Shown piece by piece: positions 49,078-58,734 of a stretch of DNA of 64,000 bases. The notes beneath the pieces were generated by a model. The model did no database searches. It had not been told where the DNA came from and saw only the letters and a program-made list of their open reading frames with translations. The stretch covers positions 64,001-128,000 of the forward strand of contig CAVWLW010000032.1 of the NCBI GenBank assembly GCA_963755715.1. Reading direction: 5' to 3'. Position 1 is the stretch's first letter. Each line of letters starts with the position of its first letter. The stretch is from an uncultured delta proteobacterium (lineage in GTDB: Bacteria > Desulfobacterota > Binatia > UBA9968). The translations under genes and the position numbers were made by a program.

Positions 49078-51492
49078 ATGTCGGCTGACGCGTCTGTTTC
49101 TTCTGGAGCATTGACCGGTCTACGAGTCCTCGATCTCACTGGACGAATGGGCGGGTATTGCGGGTTATTGCTTGCCAATCTCGGCGCCGAAGTGATTCTT
49201 GTTGAACCGCCAGGCGGCGACCGGCTGCGCCGCGAAGGACCGTTTAAAGACGACCAGGCCGATCGAGAGCAAAGTTTATCGTTCGCGGCGTATCATACCA
49301 ACAAGCGCGGCGTCGTCTTGAACTTGGAGAATGACGACGATCCAACCACCCTGCGAGAGCTTGCGCGCGGCGCCGACGTGTTGCTTGAAGATAAGCCGGC
49401 AGGTTATCTCGACGGTCGCGGGCTCGGCTATCGAGCGCTTCAATCGATCAATCCCACCCTGGTGTTGACTTCGATCACCGGCTTTGGTCAAGCCGGGCCC
49501 TATCGCGATTTCAAAGCGCCCAATATTGTCGCCTTTGCGATGGGTGGTCTGATGAATCTATGCGGCCACCCGGGCCACGCGCCGCTTATGGGCCCGTGCG
49601 ATGTCGCGTACCATTTGGGCTCGGTGCACGCGGCCTTCGGCACGTTGGTCGCGCTCTTTAACCGGCGCGCCACGGGCCGCGGCGCGCATGTCGATGTATC
49701 GTTGCAAGATGTGCTGGCCGCCGATCCGTTTCTCCGTATCATGACGCGTTACAGCGTCAGCGGCGAAGTGCCGCAGCGCACCGGGCACAGCCAGTCGACC
49801 ACGGTGGCGGAAACCTATCAATGCCGCGACGGCTATGCGCGCATCTTCGTCAATCAGGCCGATCATTGGAAACGTTTTGTTGACTGGCTCGGCCGGCCGC
49901 CGGAGCTGCTCGATCCAAAATTGGAAAACGTGCAGAACCGGTTCCCCTTGCGCCAAATCATCGACCGGCTGGTCGAGGCGCGCACGCTTAATTTCGCAGT
50001 GCAAAAATTTTTCGATGAATTCCAGTCGCTGCGCTTGGCCGCCGCGCCGATTAATCCACCGAGCGCTTTTCTCGCCGACGAACAAACGCGCCACCGCGCA
50101 TTTGTGACTGAGGTCGAACACCCGCAGTTGGGACGGCATGGTTTTCCCGGCGATCCTTATCATTTTTCCGAGAGCCCCTGGCGGGTCGAGCGCGCCGCGC
50201 CGCTGCTCGGCGCAGATCAGGCGCAAATCGGCGCGGCCTGGGCTCGCCCGTCGTCGTGGTTGACGGAGTGCCGCGACGGCGCGTCAGCATCGGCGCCCGG
50301 ACGAACTCTTTTCGAAGGGATTCGCGTGATCAGCTTTCCCACCGGCATCGTTGGCCCGGCGCTCGCCGGGATGCTTGCCGAACATGGCGCCGAAGTCATT
50401 GCCATCGAAGCGAGCCGGTCCGTGCGCAGCCCGCAGCGCGGCCAGAAATTTCAAATCGCCGCCGATCTGGAAAGCAACCGCGACCGCAAGCGTATCGTCG
50501 TCGACATGAAACATCCTGACGGCGTGGCTCTGGTGAAGCGTTTGATCGCCAAATCCGATGTCGTCGTGGAAAATTTCAGCGCCCGAGTGATGGCGAGCTG
50601 GGGCATGGACTATGCGCGCCTGAAAGAGGTCCGGCCCGATATCATCATGGCGAGTCTGCAAGCGTTTGGCCAGACCGGCCCGCGCCGTGAATACGTGAGC
50701 TTTGGGCCGATCCTGATGTCTTATTGCGGCATGGCCTATCTCTGGCGCGATCCGGAAATTGAACGGCCCGGTGCCGCATGTCAAACCGCTTTTCCAGATT
50801 ACGTCGCGCCTTCTTACGGCGCCGTTGCCATTCTCGCCGCGTTGCATTTTCGCGCGCGCACGGGCCAAGGTCAGTACATCGATATTTCCCAGGCGGAAAC
50901 AGCGGCAGCGATGATTGGGCCGGCCTATTTGGAATATCTCGTTAATGGCCGCGAAGCGCAGCCGTGCGGCAATTTTTCTCCGACCGCCGCGCCGCATGGC
51001 TGCTATCGCTGCAAAGGCGCCGATCAATGGTGCGTCATCGCCATTCAGTCCGAGGACGAGTGGATGCGTTTCTGCGACATCGCCGGTCATCGCGAGTGGC
51101 TGACCGATCATCGGTTTTCCGAGCCGGCGGCGCGCGTGGCCTATCGCCAGGAGCTCGATTATTGGATCGGTGAGTGGACGGCAAAATATACGCCGCACCA
51201 GGTGATGATGCTGCTGCAGCGCGAAGGCATCGCCGCGGCAGCGGTGCAAACGGCCGAGGATCTATACCGCGATCCGCACCTGCGCGAGCGCGGCTTCGCG
51301 CGCGAAGTTTTCCATCCGCAAATCGGTTGGGTGACGCGCGCCGGGCCGTCCGTGCGCATGATCGAGCACGGTTTCACGCCGGGCGGCGAGGCGCACGTCG
51401 CCGGCCAGGACAACGAAGCGGTGCTGAGCCAAATCCTCGGCATGTCGCGCGCCGAAATACTTGACCTAAGCGAGCGCCAGGTGCTGCGTTAG
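49078..51492 (+). CDS. Fused double-domain CaiB/BaiF (family III) CoA-transferase
   Basis: Two repeats: ALTGLRVLDL...LGAEVILVEPPGGD...NKRGVVLNL and FEGIRVISF...GAEVIAIE...NRDRKRIVVDMK...FGQTGP...FPDY. Confidence 0.92.
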   Translation: MSADASVSSGALTGLRVLDLTGRMGGYCGLLLANLGAEVILVEPPGGDRLRREGPFKDDQADREQSLSFAAYHTNKRGVVLNLENDDDPTTLRELARGADVLLEDKPAGYLDGRGLGYRALQSINPTLVLTSITGFGQAGPYRDFKAPNIVAFAMGGLMNLCGHPGHAPLMGPCDVAYHLGSVHAAFGTLVALFNRRATGRGAHVDVSLQDVLAADPFLRIMTRYSVSGEVPQRTGHSQSTTVAETYQCRDGYARIFVNQADHWKRFVDWLGRPPELLDPKLENVQNRFPLRQIIDRLVEARTLNFAVQKFFDEFQSLRLAAAPINPPSAFLADEQTRHRAFVTEVEHPQLGRHGFPGDPYHFSESPWRVERAAPLLGADQAQIGAAWARPSSWLTECRDGASASAPGRTLFEGIRVISFPTGIVGPALAGMLAEHGAEVIAIEASRSVRSPQRGQKFQIAADLESNRDRKRIVVDMKHPDGVALVKRLIAKSDVVVENFSARVMASWGMDYARLKEVRPDIIMASLQAFGQTGPRREYVSFGPILMSYCGMAYLWRDPEIERPGAACQTAFPDYVAPSYGAVAILAALHFRARTGQGQYIDISQAETAAAMIGPAYLEYLVNGREAQPCGNFSPTAAPHGCYRCKGADQWCVIAIQSEDEWMRFCDIAGHREWLTDHRFSEPAARVAYRQELDYWIGEWTAKYTPHQVMMLLQREGIAAAAVQTAEDLYRDPHLRERGFAREVFHPQIGWVTRAGPSVRMIEHGFTPGGEAHVAGQDNEAVLSQILGMSRAEILDLSERQVLR

Positions 51493-51511
51493 ACGGAGAA
51501 AAACCAACTTG

Positions 51512-52162
51512 ATGGCTACGAAGCTGGAACAGCATGCCATACGGAAGCGATCCGGTATCGATCGTGCGATTCGCCAAGCGGAGCGCCAGCTCGCCGACGC
51601 CGATCCGGTCATGAAACGGCTAATCGCCCGACACGGCCGCTGTCCGCTCGCCGAGCGCAACTTCGAGCCGTTTCACATGCTCGCCAACTCGATCATCAGC
51701 CAGCAGCTTTCCACCAGAGCCGCCGCGACCATCAAGCAGCGCGTCGGCGCGCTTGTCGGTGTGCCGTTTCAAACGGATAAAGTTCTTGCCGTGCCGCAGG
51801 AGCTATTACGTAGCGCTGGATTGTCCGCAGCCAAGGCGCGCTACATCCGCGAGCTCGCCGCGCGCGTGTGCGACGGCCGATTGAATTTCATTGAGCTCAT
51901 GGCGTTTGATGACGAGCCGTTGATTGAAAAGCTCATCGAATCGCCCGGCATCGGGCGTTGGACCGCCGAAATGTTTTTGCTCTTCGGTCTCAAGCGCCTC
52001 GACGTGCTCGCCCTTGGCGATGCCGGCTTGCAGCGCGCAGCGCGATTGCTTTACGGTAAAAAACGTAAATCGCTGACTCTGTTGCCGCGTATCGCCGAAG
52101 CATGGCGGCCTTACCGCTCGATTGCGTCCTGGTATTTGTGGCGCTCGTTGGAAAGTAACTAG
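51512..52162 (+). CDS. DNA-3-methyladenine glycosylase II (AlkA-type HhH-GPD)
   Basis: SIISQQLSTRAA, GLSAAKARYI, PGIGRWTAEMFLLF...DVLALGDAG, WRPYRSIASWYLW. Confidence 0.93.
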   Translation: MATKLEQHAIRKRSGIDRAIRQAERQLADADPVMKRLIARHGRCPLAERNFEPFHMLANSIISQQLSTRAAATIKQRVGALVGVPFQTDKVLAVPQELLRSAGLSAAKARYIRELAARVCDGRLNFIELMAFDDEPLIEKLIESPGIGRWTAEMFLLFGLKRLDVLALGDAGLQRAARLLYGKKRKSLTLLPRIAEAWRPYRSIASWYLWRSLESN

Positions 52163-52172
52163 GCGCGATTCA

Positions 52173-52422
52173 ATGATTATTCCTTGGTCATGTCATGTTT
52201 GCGCAAAGCAGTTTGACAAGTACGCCGGCGGGATTTGCGCCAAGTGTAAGAAATCGACTTGCCTAAAACATCTAAAACTCGTCGGTTACGTGAAAGATCA
52301 GGGCCCGGCGAGGACCGAGCAGATTACTTGTGTCAATTGCGTTAGAGGCTGGGGAAGTATCGACGCAGTTGAGGAGAAGTTCTTTTTCAAAGATCGCCTG
52401 GGTGCGCCGTCTGGGACTATAA
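52173..52422 (+). CDS. Small Cys-rich (zinc-finger-like) hypothetical protein; possible frameshift near 52343
   Basis: CHVC...CAKC...CLKH...CVNC. An alternative frame ends at 52422 without overlapping the convergent gene. Confidence 0.55.
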
Positions 52423-52444
52423 AGCGACTGCCCGCGGCTTTTTG

Positions 52445-53077
52445 CTATCCAGCCTTACGAACTTTGCTTGCCCAAATATCGCTGATCTCTTTCGACGCGG
52501 CAATGCGGCCGTAGTGTTTCTTGACCAACGCCACCGCTTCGTTATGCGCTTGCGGTCCGTAAGTCGTGGCGCAGCAATCTTCGACGAGCGTGATGTAGTA
52601 ATCGAGCATGAAGCCGACGGTGAGCGTATGAAAAACGCACATGCCGGTGCCGACGCCGGTGACGAGCAGGCTTTCGACGCCGCGAGCGCGCAGCAGCATG
52701 TCGAGATCGGTGCCGATAAACGCGCTGTAGCGGTGTTTGGTGACGATCATTTCACCGTCTCGCGGTTCTAGTCCCGCGTGAAACTCTGCGCCCCACGTGC
52801 CTTCGGCGCAGGCGAGCAATTCCGGATTCTTGAATTCCGTCCAAACCGGTGAGTTGGTCCATTGGTTGCCCGAGGTTTTCACGAAGCAGATCGGAAAATT
52901 ATGCGACCGCGCCTGGTTCACTAAATTCACCAAGCGCGGAATCATATCCTGTACGAACGCCATGTCGCGTCCGCGCTTGCAAGCGGCGCCGTCGCGGTGG
53001 CAGAAGTCGTTTTGCATATCGACGACGATGAGCATGCCGTGCTCGGGACCGACACGGTCTTCCAAAGAGAATGGCAT
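52445..53077 (-). CDS. Isochorismatase/cysteine hydrolase (RutB/maleamate amidohydrolase-like)
   Basis: IVVDMQNDF, KHRYSAFIGTDL, GVGTGMCV (D-K-C triad intact). Confidence 0.92.
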   Translation of the reverse strand: MPFSLEDRVGPEHGMLIVVDMQNDFCHRDGAACKRGRDMAFVQDMIPRLVNLVNQARSHNFPICFVKTSGNQWTNSPVWTEFKNPELLACAEGTWGAEFHAGLEPRDGEMIVTKHRYSAFIGTDLDMLLRARGVESLLVTGVGTGMCVFHTLTVGFMLDYYITLVEDCCATTYGPQAHNEAVALVKKHYGRIAASKEISDIWASKVRKAG

Positions 53078-53087
53078 CGAAACGCTC

Positions 53088-54089
53088 CTACTCGTAAAGT
53101 TTTTTGATGAAGCCGCTGTCGTCCAGCTCTTTCACTAGGCTGTTGTCAAAAAAAGCTTGCGGGTTGGCGGAGCGGGCGCGCGGGTTATCCTTGGCATAGA
53201 AGTCCAACAAAGTCGTCACGCCTTTCAAGGAAACGTACGGCGCGTTTTCAAAGTAGCCCGAAGTATAAAGTGTGTGGGATCGCTCCAAATATTTGGTCTG
53301 CGCCGGGGCTGTTCTGAGTTTTCTTGCGAGGACATCGATGCTTTCTTTGCGGTTCTTCTTGAAGTAGGCAATGCCCTCGACATATCCCCTCATGAAACGC
53401 AACGTCAAATCTCGATGCGCGCGGAGGTAAGCGCGAGTGGTGTCGATCATGCTGTGCAGGTAATAAATGTCCATGTCGGCGAGATCGGCGAGCGTGCGGA
53501 AGCCTTGGTCTTCGGCGAAGAAAAACGTCGGCTCGGTGAGGACCGCCGCATCGATCCCGCCTTTTTCGAGAGCGGCCATCATGGCGGGCGACGACCCGAT
53601 TTGCAGGGTCTGCACGTCGTTCGGAGTCATGTTCCAACCGCGCAGCATGATCAGCAACACCAAGTGAGAGGCGGCGCCCAGTCGCGTTATGCCGATTTTT
53701 TTTCCGCGCAGGTCCTCGGGACGCTTGAGATCGCCGCGGGCCACGACCCTTTGCACGCCCTTGTTGACGATGGAGCCAATCATGATTACATCGGCACCGC
53801 CGAGCGCCGCGTTGATGACGCCGCCGCCTCCACCGCCGAGGAACTGAACGTCTCCGGCAATCAGCGAGCTAACGCCGCCAGCGGAGGCGCCGCCGATCAA
53901 AATCACTTCGCTTTCGATACCATGCTTTTTGAAAAGCCCTTTTTCCTCGGCTATCCACAAGGCCGCGTTGATGGGTGTGAAGGAGCTGAGGCCGATGCGT
54001 AGCCGATCAGCGGCGAGGACCGTGGATGGGTATAAGCAAGCGCCGAGTAATAGTGCGAGACTGGTGATGGTGAGGAATTTCGACGCCAT
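53088..54089 (-). CDS. ABC substrate-binding protein (NMT1/TauA/SsuA family)
   Basis: Signal peptide; WIAEEKGLFKKHG, LRGKKIGITRLGAASH, NSLVKELDDSGFIKKLY. Confidence 0.92.
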   Translation of the reverse strand: MASKFLTITSLALLLGACLYPSTVLAADRLRIGLSSFTPINAALWIAEEKGLFKKHGIESEVILIGGASAGGVSSLIAGDVQFLGGGGGGVINAALGGADVIMIGSIVNKGVQRVVARGDLKRPEDLRGKKIGITRLGAASHLVLLIMLRGWNMTPNDVQTLQIGSSPAMMAALEKGGIDAAVLTEPTFFFAEDQGFRTLADLADMDIYYLHSMIDTTRAYLRAHRDLTLRFMRGYVEGIAYFKKNRKESIDVLARKLRTAPAQTKYLERSHTLYTSGYFENAPYVSLKGVTTLLDFYAKDNPRARSANPQAFFDNSLVKELDDSGFIKKLYE

Positions 54090-54219
54090 AGAATTTATCC
54101 GAGATCTTTTAGCTCGTCACCAATGCGAAATCCTCATTTTATGAATTTCCTTCGAGCTCTTCATCCGAAATCCTAAGCACTCGGTCGACGCTCCGGTTGC
54201 CGATAACCAGCCGAGAACG

Positions 54220-55032
54220 TTATTTCCGATCTTCCGGCTTGATATACTTCACCGATGCGCCGCCCTTTTGCGAGTGGAGGTATCCTTCCACGTCGCTCAG
54301 CGGATTGGTGTAGTAGCGCAACCGATGTTGGACGAGGTCGTCGGCGCGCAGCGCCATGTCGAAGGGCAAGTCTTTTTGCATATAGGCAGCGATCTTGGCG
54401 TTCTCTAAGGTTGCGCCGTTGCGGCTGGCGAGTTCTTTGGCAAGCGTGTCGACATAGCTATCGAGGTCTTTGTCGGGCACGACATCCGATACGAGCCCGA
54501 CGCGTTCCGCCTCGATGCCGGTCAAGTTTCTACCGGTAAGGGAAATATAGAAAGCTTTCTTGAATGGAATGCCGGCGTGAAAGAGCGACGGTGTCGCGGT
54601 AGCGCCGTAGCTGCCGCGGATGACTTCCGGCATACCGAATTTCGCGCTCTCTGCGCTGATGACCAAATCATGGCCGTTGATCAGCGCCAAGCCGCCGCCG
54701 AGACACCAGCCGCGGACTTTCGCAACTGTCACCTGCGGCAGTTTGCGCATGATGTCGACAATCTCCGCGACGCCGCCAAAACCACGCGTGCGGCGACGGT
54801 TGTCTTGCCCGCGCATATCGTAAAGGTCGCGGCCGGAAGAATAAGAATCGCCGCCCCCGGTTGTGACGATGCAGCGAATCTTGTCGTTTTCGGCAAGCGC
54901 GCGGAGAATGCTCGATAGCTCGGCGAGCAAAGCGATGCTGAGAGCGTTTTTCTTTTCGGGACGATTTAGGATCAGCCAGGCGATGCCGGCGTTTTCGTCG
55001 ATGTTGGCGTTGATGAGTTTGGTATCGGCCAT
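54220..55032 (-). CDS. Enoyl-CoA hydratase/isomerase (crotonase) family protein
   Basis: LNRPEKKNAL, SYSSGRDL, GWCLGGG, AKFGMPEV, AERVGLV; GGAG RBS. Confidence 0.92.
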   Translation of the reverse strand: MADTKLINANIDENAGIAWLILNRPEKKNALSIALLAELSSILRALAENDKIRCIVTTGGGDSYSSGRDLYDMRGQDNRRRTRGFGGVAEIVDIMRKLPQVTVAKVRGWCLGGGLALINGHDLVISAESAKFGMPEVIRGSYGATATPSLFHAGIPFKKAFYISLTGRNLTGIEAERVGLVSDVVPDKDLDSYVDTLAKELASRNGATLENAKIAAYMQKDLPFDMALRADDLVQHRLRYYTNPLSDVEGYLHSQKGGASVKYIKPEDRK

Positions 55033-55093
55033 GGTTTTACTCCGTAAGTTTAAGTTAGTTCAAGCCGTTCAAATCGTTTCTTGTTCTGTATCC

Positions 55094-55205
55094 TGTCATT
55101 TCGAGGTCCTTCGAAATACTCAGGATAGACTCCGCCAAGAAATCTTTTCAGGAAGGATCTCCCATGGAGTTTACCCTGAGCGCAGTCGAAGGGTTCGAGA
55201 TGACA
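55094..55205. repeat. ~110-bp palindromic REP/MITE-like element
   Basis: Left arm TGTCATTTCGAGGTCCTTCGAAATACTCAGGATAGACTCC versus reverse-complemented right arm TGTCATCTCGAACCCTTCGACTGCGCTCAGGGTAAACTCC. Confidence 0.75.
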
Positions 55206-55242
55206 ATCGTTGATGTAGGATATTTTCTCGCTCTCAGATCGC

Positions 55243-56250
55243 CTATGTAAACCGGTAGAACGTTTTCGCATTGCCGGCGAGAATCTTTTGCTTGGTTTGA
55301 TCCGATACATCCTTGCGGCGCACGACTTGGCTTACGCTGTGCGGCCATTCCATATCCCAGTGCGGATAGTCGGAGGCGTACATCATGCATTCGTCGCCGA
55401 ACTGTTCGATCACCAGCGGTAGCGCCGATTCCTCGCCTTCGCAGGTGAAGTAGCAGCGATGGTCCTTGATGTATTCGCTCGGCAGCAGCTTGAGCGGCTC
55501 CATTTCTGATTTGCGCAGTAAATATTTTTCGTCGAAGCGCTCCATCCAGTAGGGCAGGAAGCCGACGCCGGCTTCAAGAAAGCCGACTTTGAGCTTCGGA
55601 AAACGGTCGAGCACGCCATTGGAAATGATCGAGACGATCGAGAGCATTTGCTCGAACGGATGCGAGGTCATGTGCACGCCGATATATTTATGAAAACGCG
55701 TGTTGCCTATCGCCACTTGGGCTGTCGCGTGAAAACCGACGGGCACGCCCAGCTCTTGCGCCTCGGCGTAAATCGGATCGAACTGGGGCTGGCCAAGGTC
55801 CAAGCCTTGCTGCACGTAGGTCGGCATCATCACGCCGACAGCGGCTTTTTCGGTCACCGCGCGACGCAATTCTTGCACCGCTTCGGGCACGACTTGGGGC
55901 GCGATGACGGCGGCGTATTTGATCCGATTGCCGCTGTCCTGACAAAAGTCGCAGGCCCAATCGTTGTAGGCCGTGGCCAGTGCGACGGCTAGATCGAGCT
56001 CGCGCACCAGACCGATCGACAGGGCATTACTGGGATAGGCCACGGCATCGGCGATTTTTTCCACGTCGAGGTCTTTGCAGTATTCTTCGGGATTACTCGG
56101 CTTGCGACCGGTGGTGTCGTTTAGAAAGATGTCCCAGCCGAACGACGGGAAGTAAGGTCCGCTGCGCGCGCGAAATTTTTCCGGCAAATATTTTTTATAC
56201 GCCGCTGCGTCGAGATGATGGGCGTCGGCGTCGATGATCGTAAATTCCAC
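55243..56250 (-). CDS. Amidohydrolase_2 family protein (decarboxylase/hydratase-like)
   Basis: IIDADAH, AYNDW, PVGFH, GVLDRFPKLKVGFLEAG, MYASDYPHWD; GGAGG RBS. Confidence 0.93.
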   Translation of the reverse strand: MEFTIIDADAHHLDAAAYKKYLPEKFRARSGPYFPSFGWDIFLNDTTGRKPSNPEEYCKDLDVEKIADAVAYPSNALSIGLVRELDLAVALATAYNDWACDFCQDSGNRIKYAAVIAPQVVPEAVQELRRAVTEKAAVGVMMPTYVQQGLDLGQPQFDPIYAEAQELGVPVGFHATAQVAIGNTRFHKYIGVHMTSHPFEQMLSIVSIISNGVLDRFPKLKVGFLEAGVGFLPYWMERFDEKYLLRKSEMEPLKLLPSEYIKDHRCYFTCEGEESALPLVIEQFGDECMMYASDYPHWDMEWPHSVSQVVRRKDVSDQTKQKILAGNAKTFYRFT

Positions 56251-56352
56251 GATAAAGCCTCCTGAAAAGCGAGCAAAGTTACACCGGCTTGGGCAGTTTC
56301 GTGTTCCAAGGATCGCGTTTCCAGTTCAACCCGGGCCCCGAAACGGTATCCG

Positions 56353-58044
56353 TTAGTCCTGCAATCCGTAGCGTTGCGCGATGTTGAGAAAGACCGAGCC
56401 GACAAATACGGTGCCGATCGTAATGATCAGGCTGAAAGCGGCCAATTCGCCGACGTGACCGTTGTCCCACAGCTCCCAGATCGTCACCGCCACCACCTGC
56501 GAACCCGGTGAATAGAGCAGTAGCGCGATCGACAGCTCTTTGAACGTGATCAGAAAAATATAGATCCAGCCGGCCAGCAGCGCCGGCATAATCAGCGGCA
56601 CGACGACGTGACGTACCATCTGGAACCAGCTCGCGCCGCTCGCCAGGGCGCCTTCTTCAAGCTCCTTGTGCAGGCTCAATAGCGCGGAGTGACTAAAGCG
56701 AATTCCGTACGGTAGATAGCGGGCGGTGAACGCTAGCACCAAAATCCAAATCGTCCCATAGACCGGGATTGGCAGGATCAAATACATTTTCAAAATGGCG
56801 ATGCCCATCACAATGCCGGGAAAAACCAGCGGCAGCATCGACATTTGGTCCAGCAACCAGCGGCCTTTGATCGACGCGCGCACGACCAACCAGGCGGCGA
56901 AAAAAGTGATGACGACGGCGACCGTCGCCGACGAGACGCTGACGGTCAGGCTGTTCAGCACAGAGCGAATCACGCCGCTGTCGTTAAACGCAGTGACGTA
57001 GTTGTTGAGCGTTAGCAGGGAAAGCGCCTTGCGCGACGGCACCTGGGCAAAAGGCAGAAAGGACGACCAGGCGATGGCGACGATCGGCAAAAATTGCAGC
57101 AGCGGCAAAACCAGCATCAGCAAACCGCCAAACCAGCGCCATTTGCCGAGCGCGATTCGGTTGGGCCGGAAGTTTTTGCCGCTGATAGTCGTGAACTTAT
57201 AGGTCTTGCTGGTGATGCGATAGTAAGGAATCAATCCCAGGGCGACCAGCACGATGAGAATGATCGAGTAGGCACTGGCCTCGCCATATTTCGGAATCAG
57301 CCCGCCTTTAATCTGCAGATAGATTTTGGTGGTGAGCACTTCGACACCGGCAGGAATGCCGATCAGCGCAGGAATTTCAAAAGCTTCCAGCGAGCGGATC
57401 ATGGTCAATATCATCACCGCCAAGACGCTGGGGACCGCCAGCGGAAACGTCACGCGCTGAAATACTTGCCAACCGCTGCTCCCGGCTGTGGTCGCCGCTT
57501 CTTCCAATGACGGATCCATGGAGCGGAAGGGGGTCGACATGAGTAGAAACACGATCGGGATCCAAAGAAAACTTTCGACTAAAATCATGCCGCTCATGGA
57601 AAAGATGTTAAAAAAAGGTTGTCCGATGAGCGCCATTCCGACAGCATTCAGCATTCCTGCTTTGGGGCCGAGAAGCATGATCCAGCCGACAACTTTGATG
57701 ATGCCTGGAATCGCGAACGACACGTAGGCTGAGATATAGGCGAGTTTGCGAAATGGAGCGTCGCTGCGCTCGGCGAGCCACGCGAGCGCCGTGCCGTAAA
57801 CCAAGGCAACGGCGGAGCTGCTCACCGCGTAAATCAGGGAATTGCTCAGCAATGTTTTAACGTCGCCGAGAGAATCGACGATGTTGAGGAAATGCTGAAT
57901 CGTAAACGAGCCAGCTTGCAATCCCCGGTCGGTGACCAGGCTGGTGTGCAGTATGAAAAAAAACGGCGGCAAGACAAGATAGGCTAAAATCGCCGTCGTG
58001 AACAGAAATAACATCTGCGCCGGGTTGCGCATCATCATGTGCAT
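56353..58044 (-). CDS. Fe3+-type (FbpB/ThiP-like) ABC transporter permease with two fused TM domains
   Basis: Two EAA loops (MDPSLEEAATTAG, ELEEGALASGAS) and about 12 TM helices. Confidence 0.93.
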   Translation of the reverse strand: MHMMMRNPAQMLFLFTTAILAYLVLPPFFFILHTSLVTDRGLQAGSFTIQHFLNIVDSLGDVKTLLSNSLIYAVSSSAVALVYGTALAWLAERSDAPFRKLAYISAYVSFAIPGIIKVVGWIMLLGPKAGMLNAVGMALIGQPFFNIFSMSGMILVESFLWIPIVFLLMSTPFRSMDPSLEEAATTAGSSGWQVFQRVTFPLAVPSVLAVMILTMIRSLEAFEIPALIGIPAGVEVLTTKIYLQIKGGLIPKYGEASAYSIILIVLVALGLIPYYRITSKTYKFTTISGKNFRPNRIALGKWRWFGGLLMLVLPLLQFLPIVAIAWSSFLPFAQVPSRKALSLLTLNNYVTAFNDSGVIRSVLNSLTVSVSSATVAVVITFFAAWLVVRASIKGRWLLDQMSMLPLVFPGIVMGIAILKMYLILPIPVYGTIWILVLAFTARYLPYGIRFSHSALLSLHKELEEGALASGASWFQMVRHVVVPLIMPALLAGWIYIFLITFKELSIALLLYSPGSQVVAVTIWELWDNGHVGELAAFSLIITIGTVFVGSVFLNIAQRYGLQD

Positions 58045-58734
58045 TGTCAGGCCCTCGCGCTTAAATGGTTTTGAGTCTCGGGTTACGGCTTTCGGGTCAA
58101 CATTAAACTCGAAACTGACATTGCAAGCTATATATCAAAACGGACGGGCAAGACAATTGCGGCTGTGGGAAGGAGGTAAGGGGTAAGAAACACGCGGAGC
58201 GGGGATTGGCTGCACGCCTTACCCTCCCTCCAGCCTGACGCTCTTAAACCCCCGGGCCGATGAATGGCTCGCCCGGGGATCTCCAGACAATGGTTCGAGC
58301 ATCTCCGACCAGTTGTTCGCGGCGACCTTGCGACGCAATTCGTTCGGCTACAGCTTACCGTCCTAGCGTAGCACCTATATTTAACAATAAAGAGCGGTAA
58401 CGGGTCAGAGCGATGAAATTAACGATTGGGGATCATGCAGATTTCGTGCGCATCTTGGATGTAATTTGGTATCGGGAATTTGCTGACTCTTGTCAGAAGC
58501 ACGGTTAGAAAGTATGTCTTTGTGAAGGCCGATAACAATCTGGATCGGTGCAAAGGTCGAGACGCTGAAGGCGCGACAGACTACGGTCCTGATTCATGCA
58601 TACCATGAATTGCTGTTAGCGTAAGAAGGTTGCGCCTAGGAATCGAGCGGGTTTCTATCCTACACACCCTGAGAAGACCCCCCAGCCAATGAGTTGCTCG
58701 CCTAGCACGCCAGAGCCGGCATCGTGCGTTCAAA

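Noticed and set aside
58525-58640. c-di-GMP-I (GEMM) riboswitch-like words (GCAAA...GACTACGGTCCT...GGTTGC) upstream of the GT87 gene
   Set aside because: I could not build the GNRA-capped P2 stem or the receptor in P3; the similarity is only fragmentary. A cmscan would settle it.
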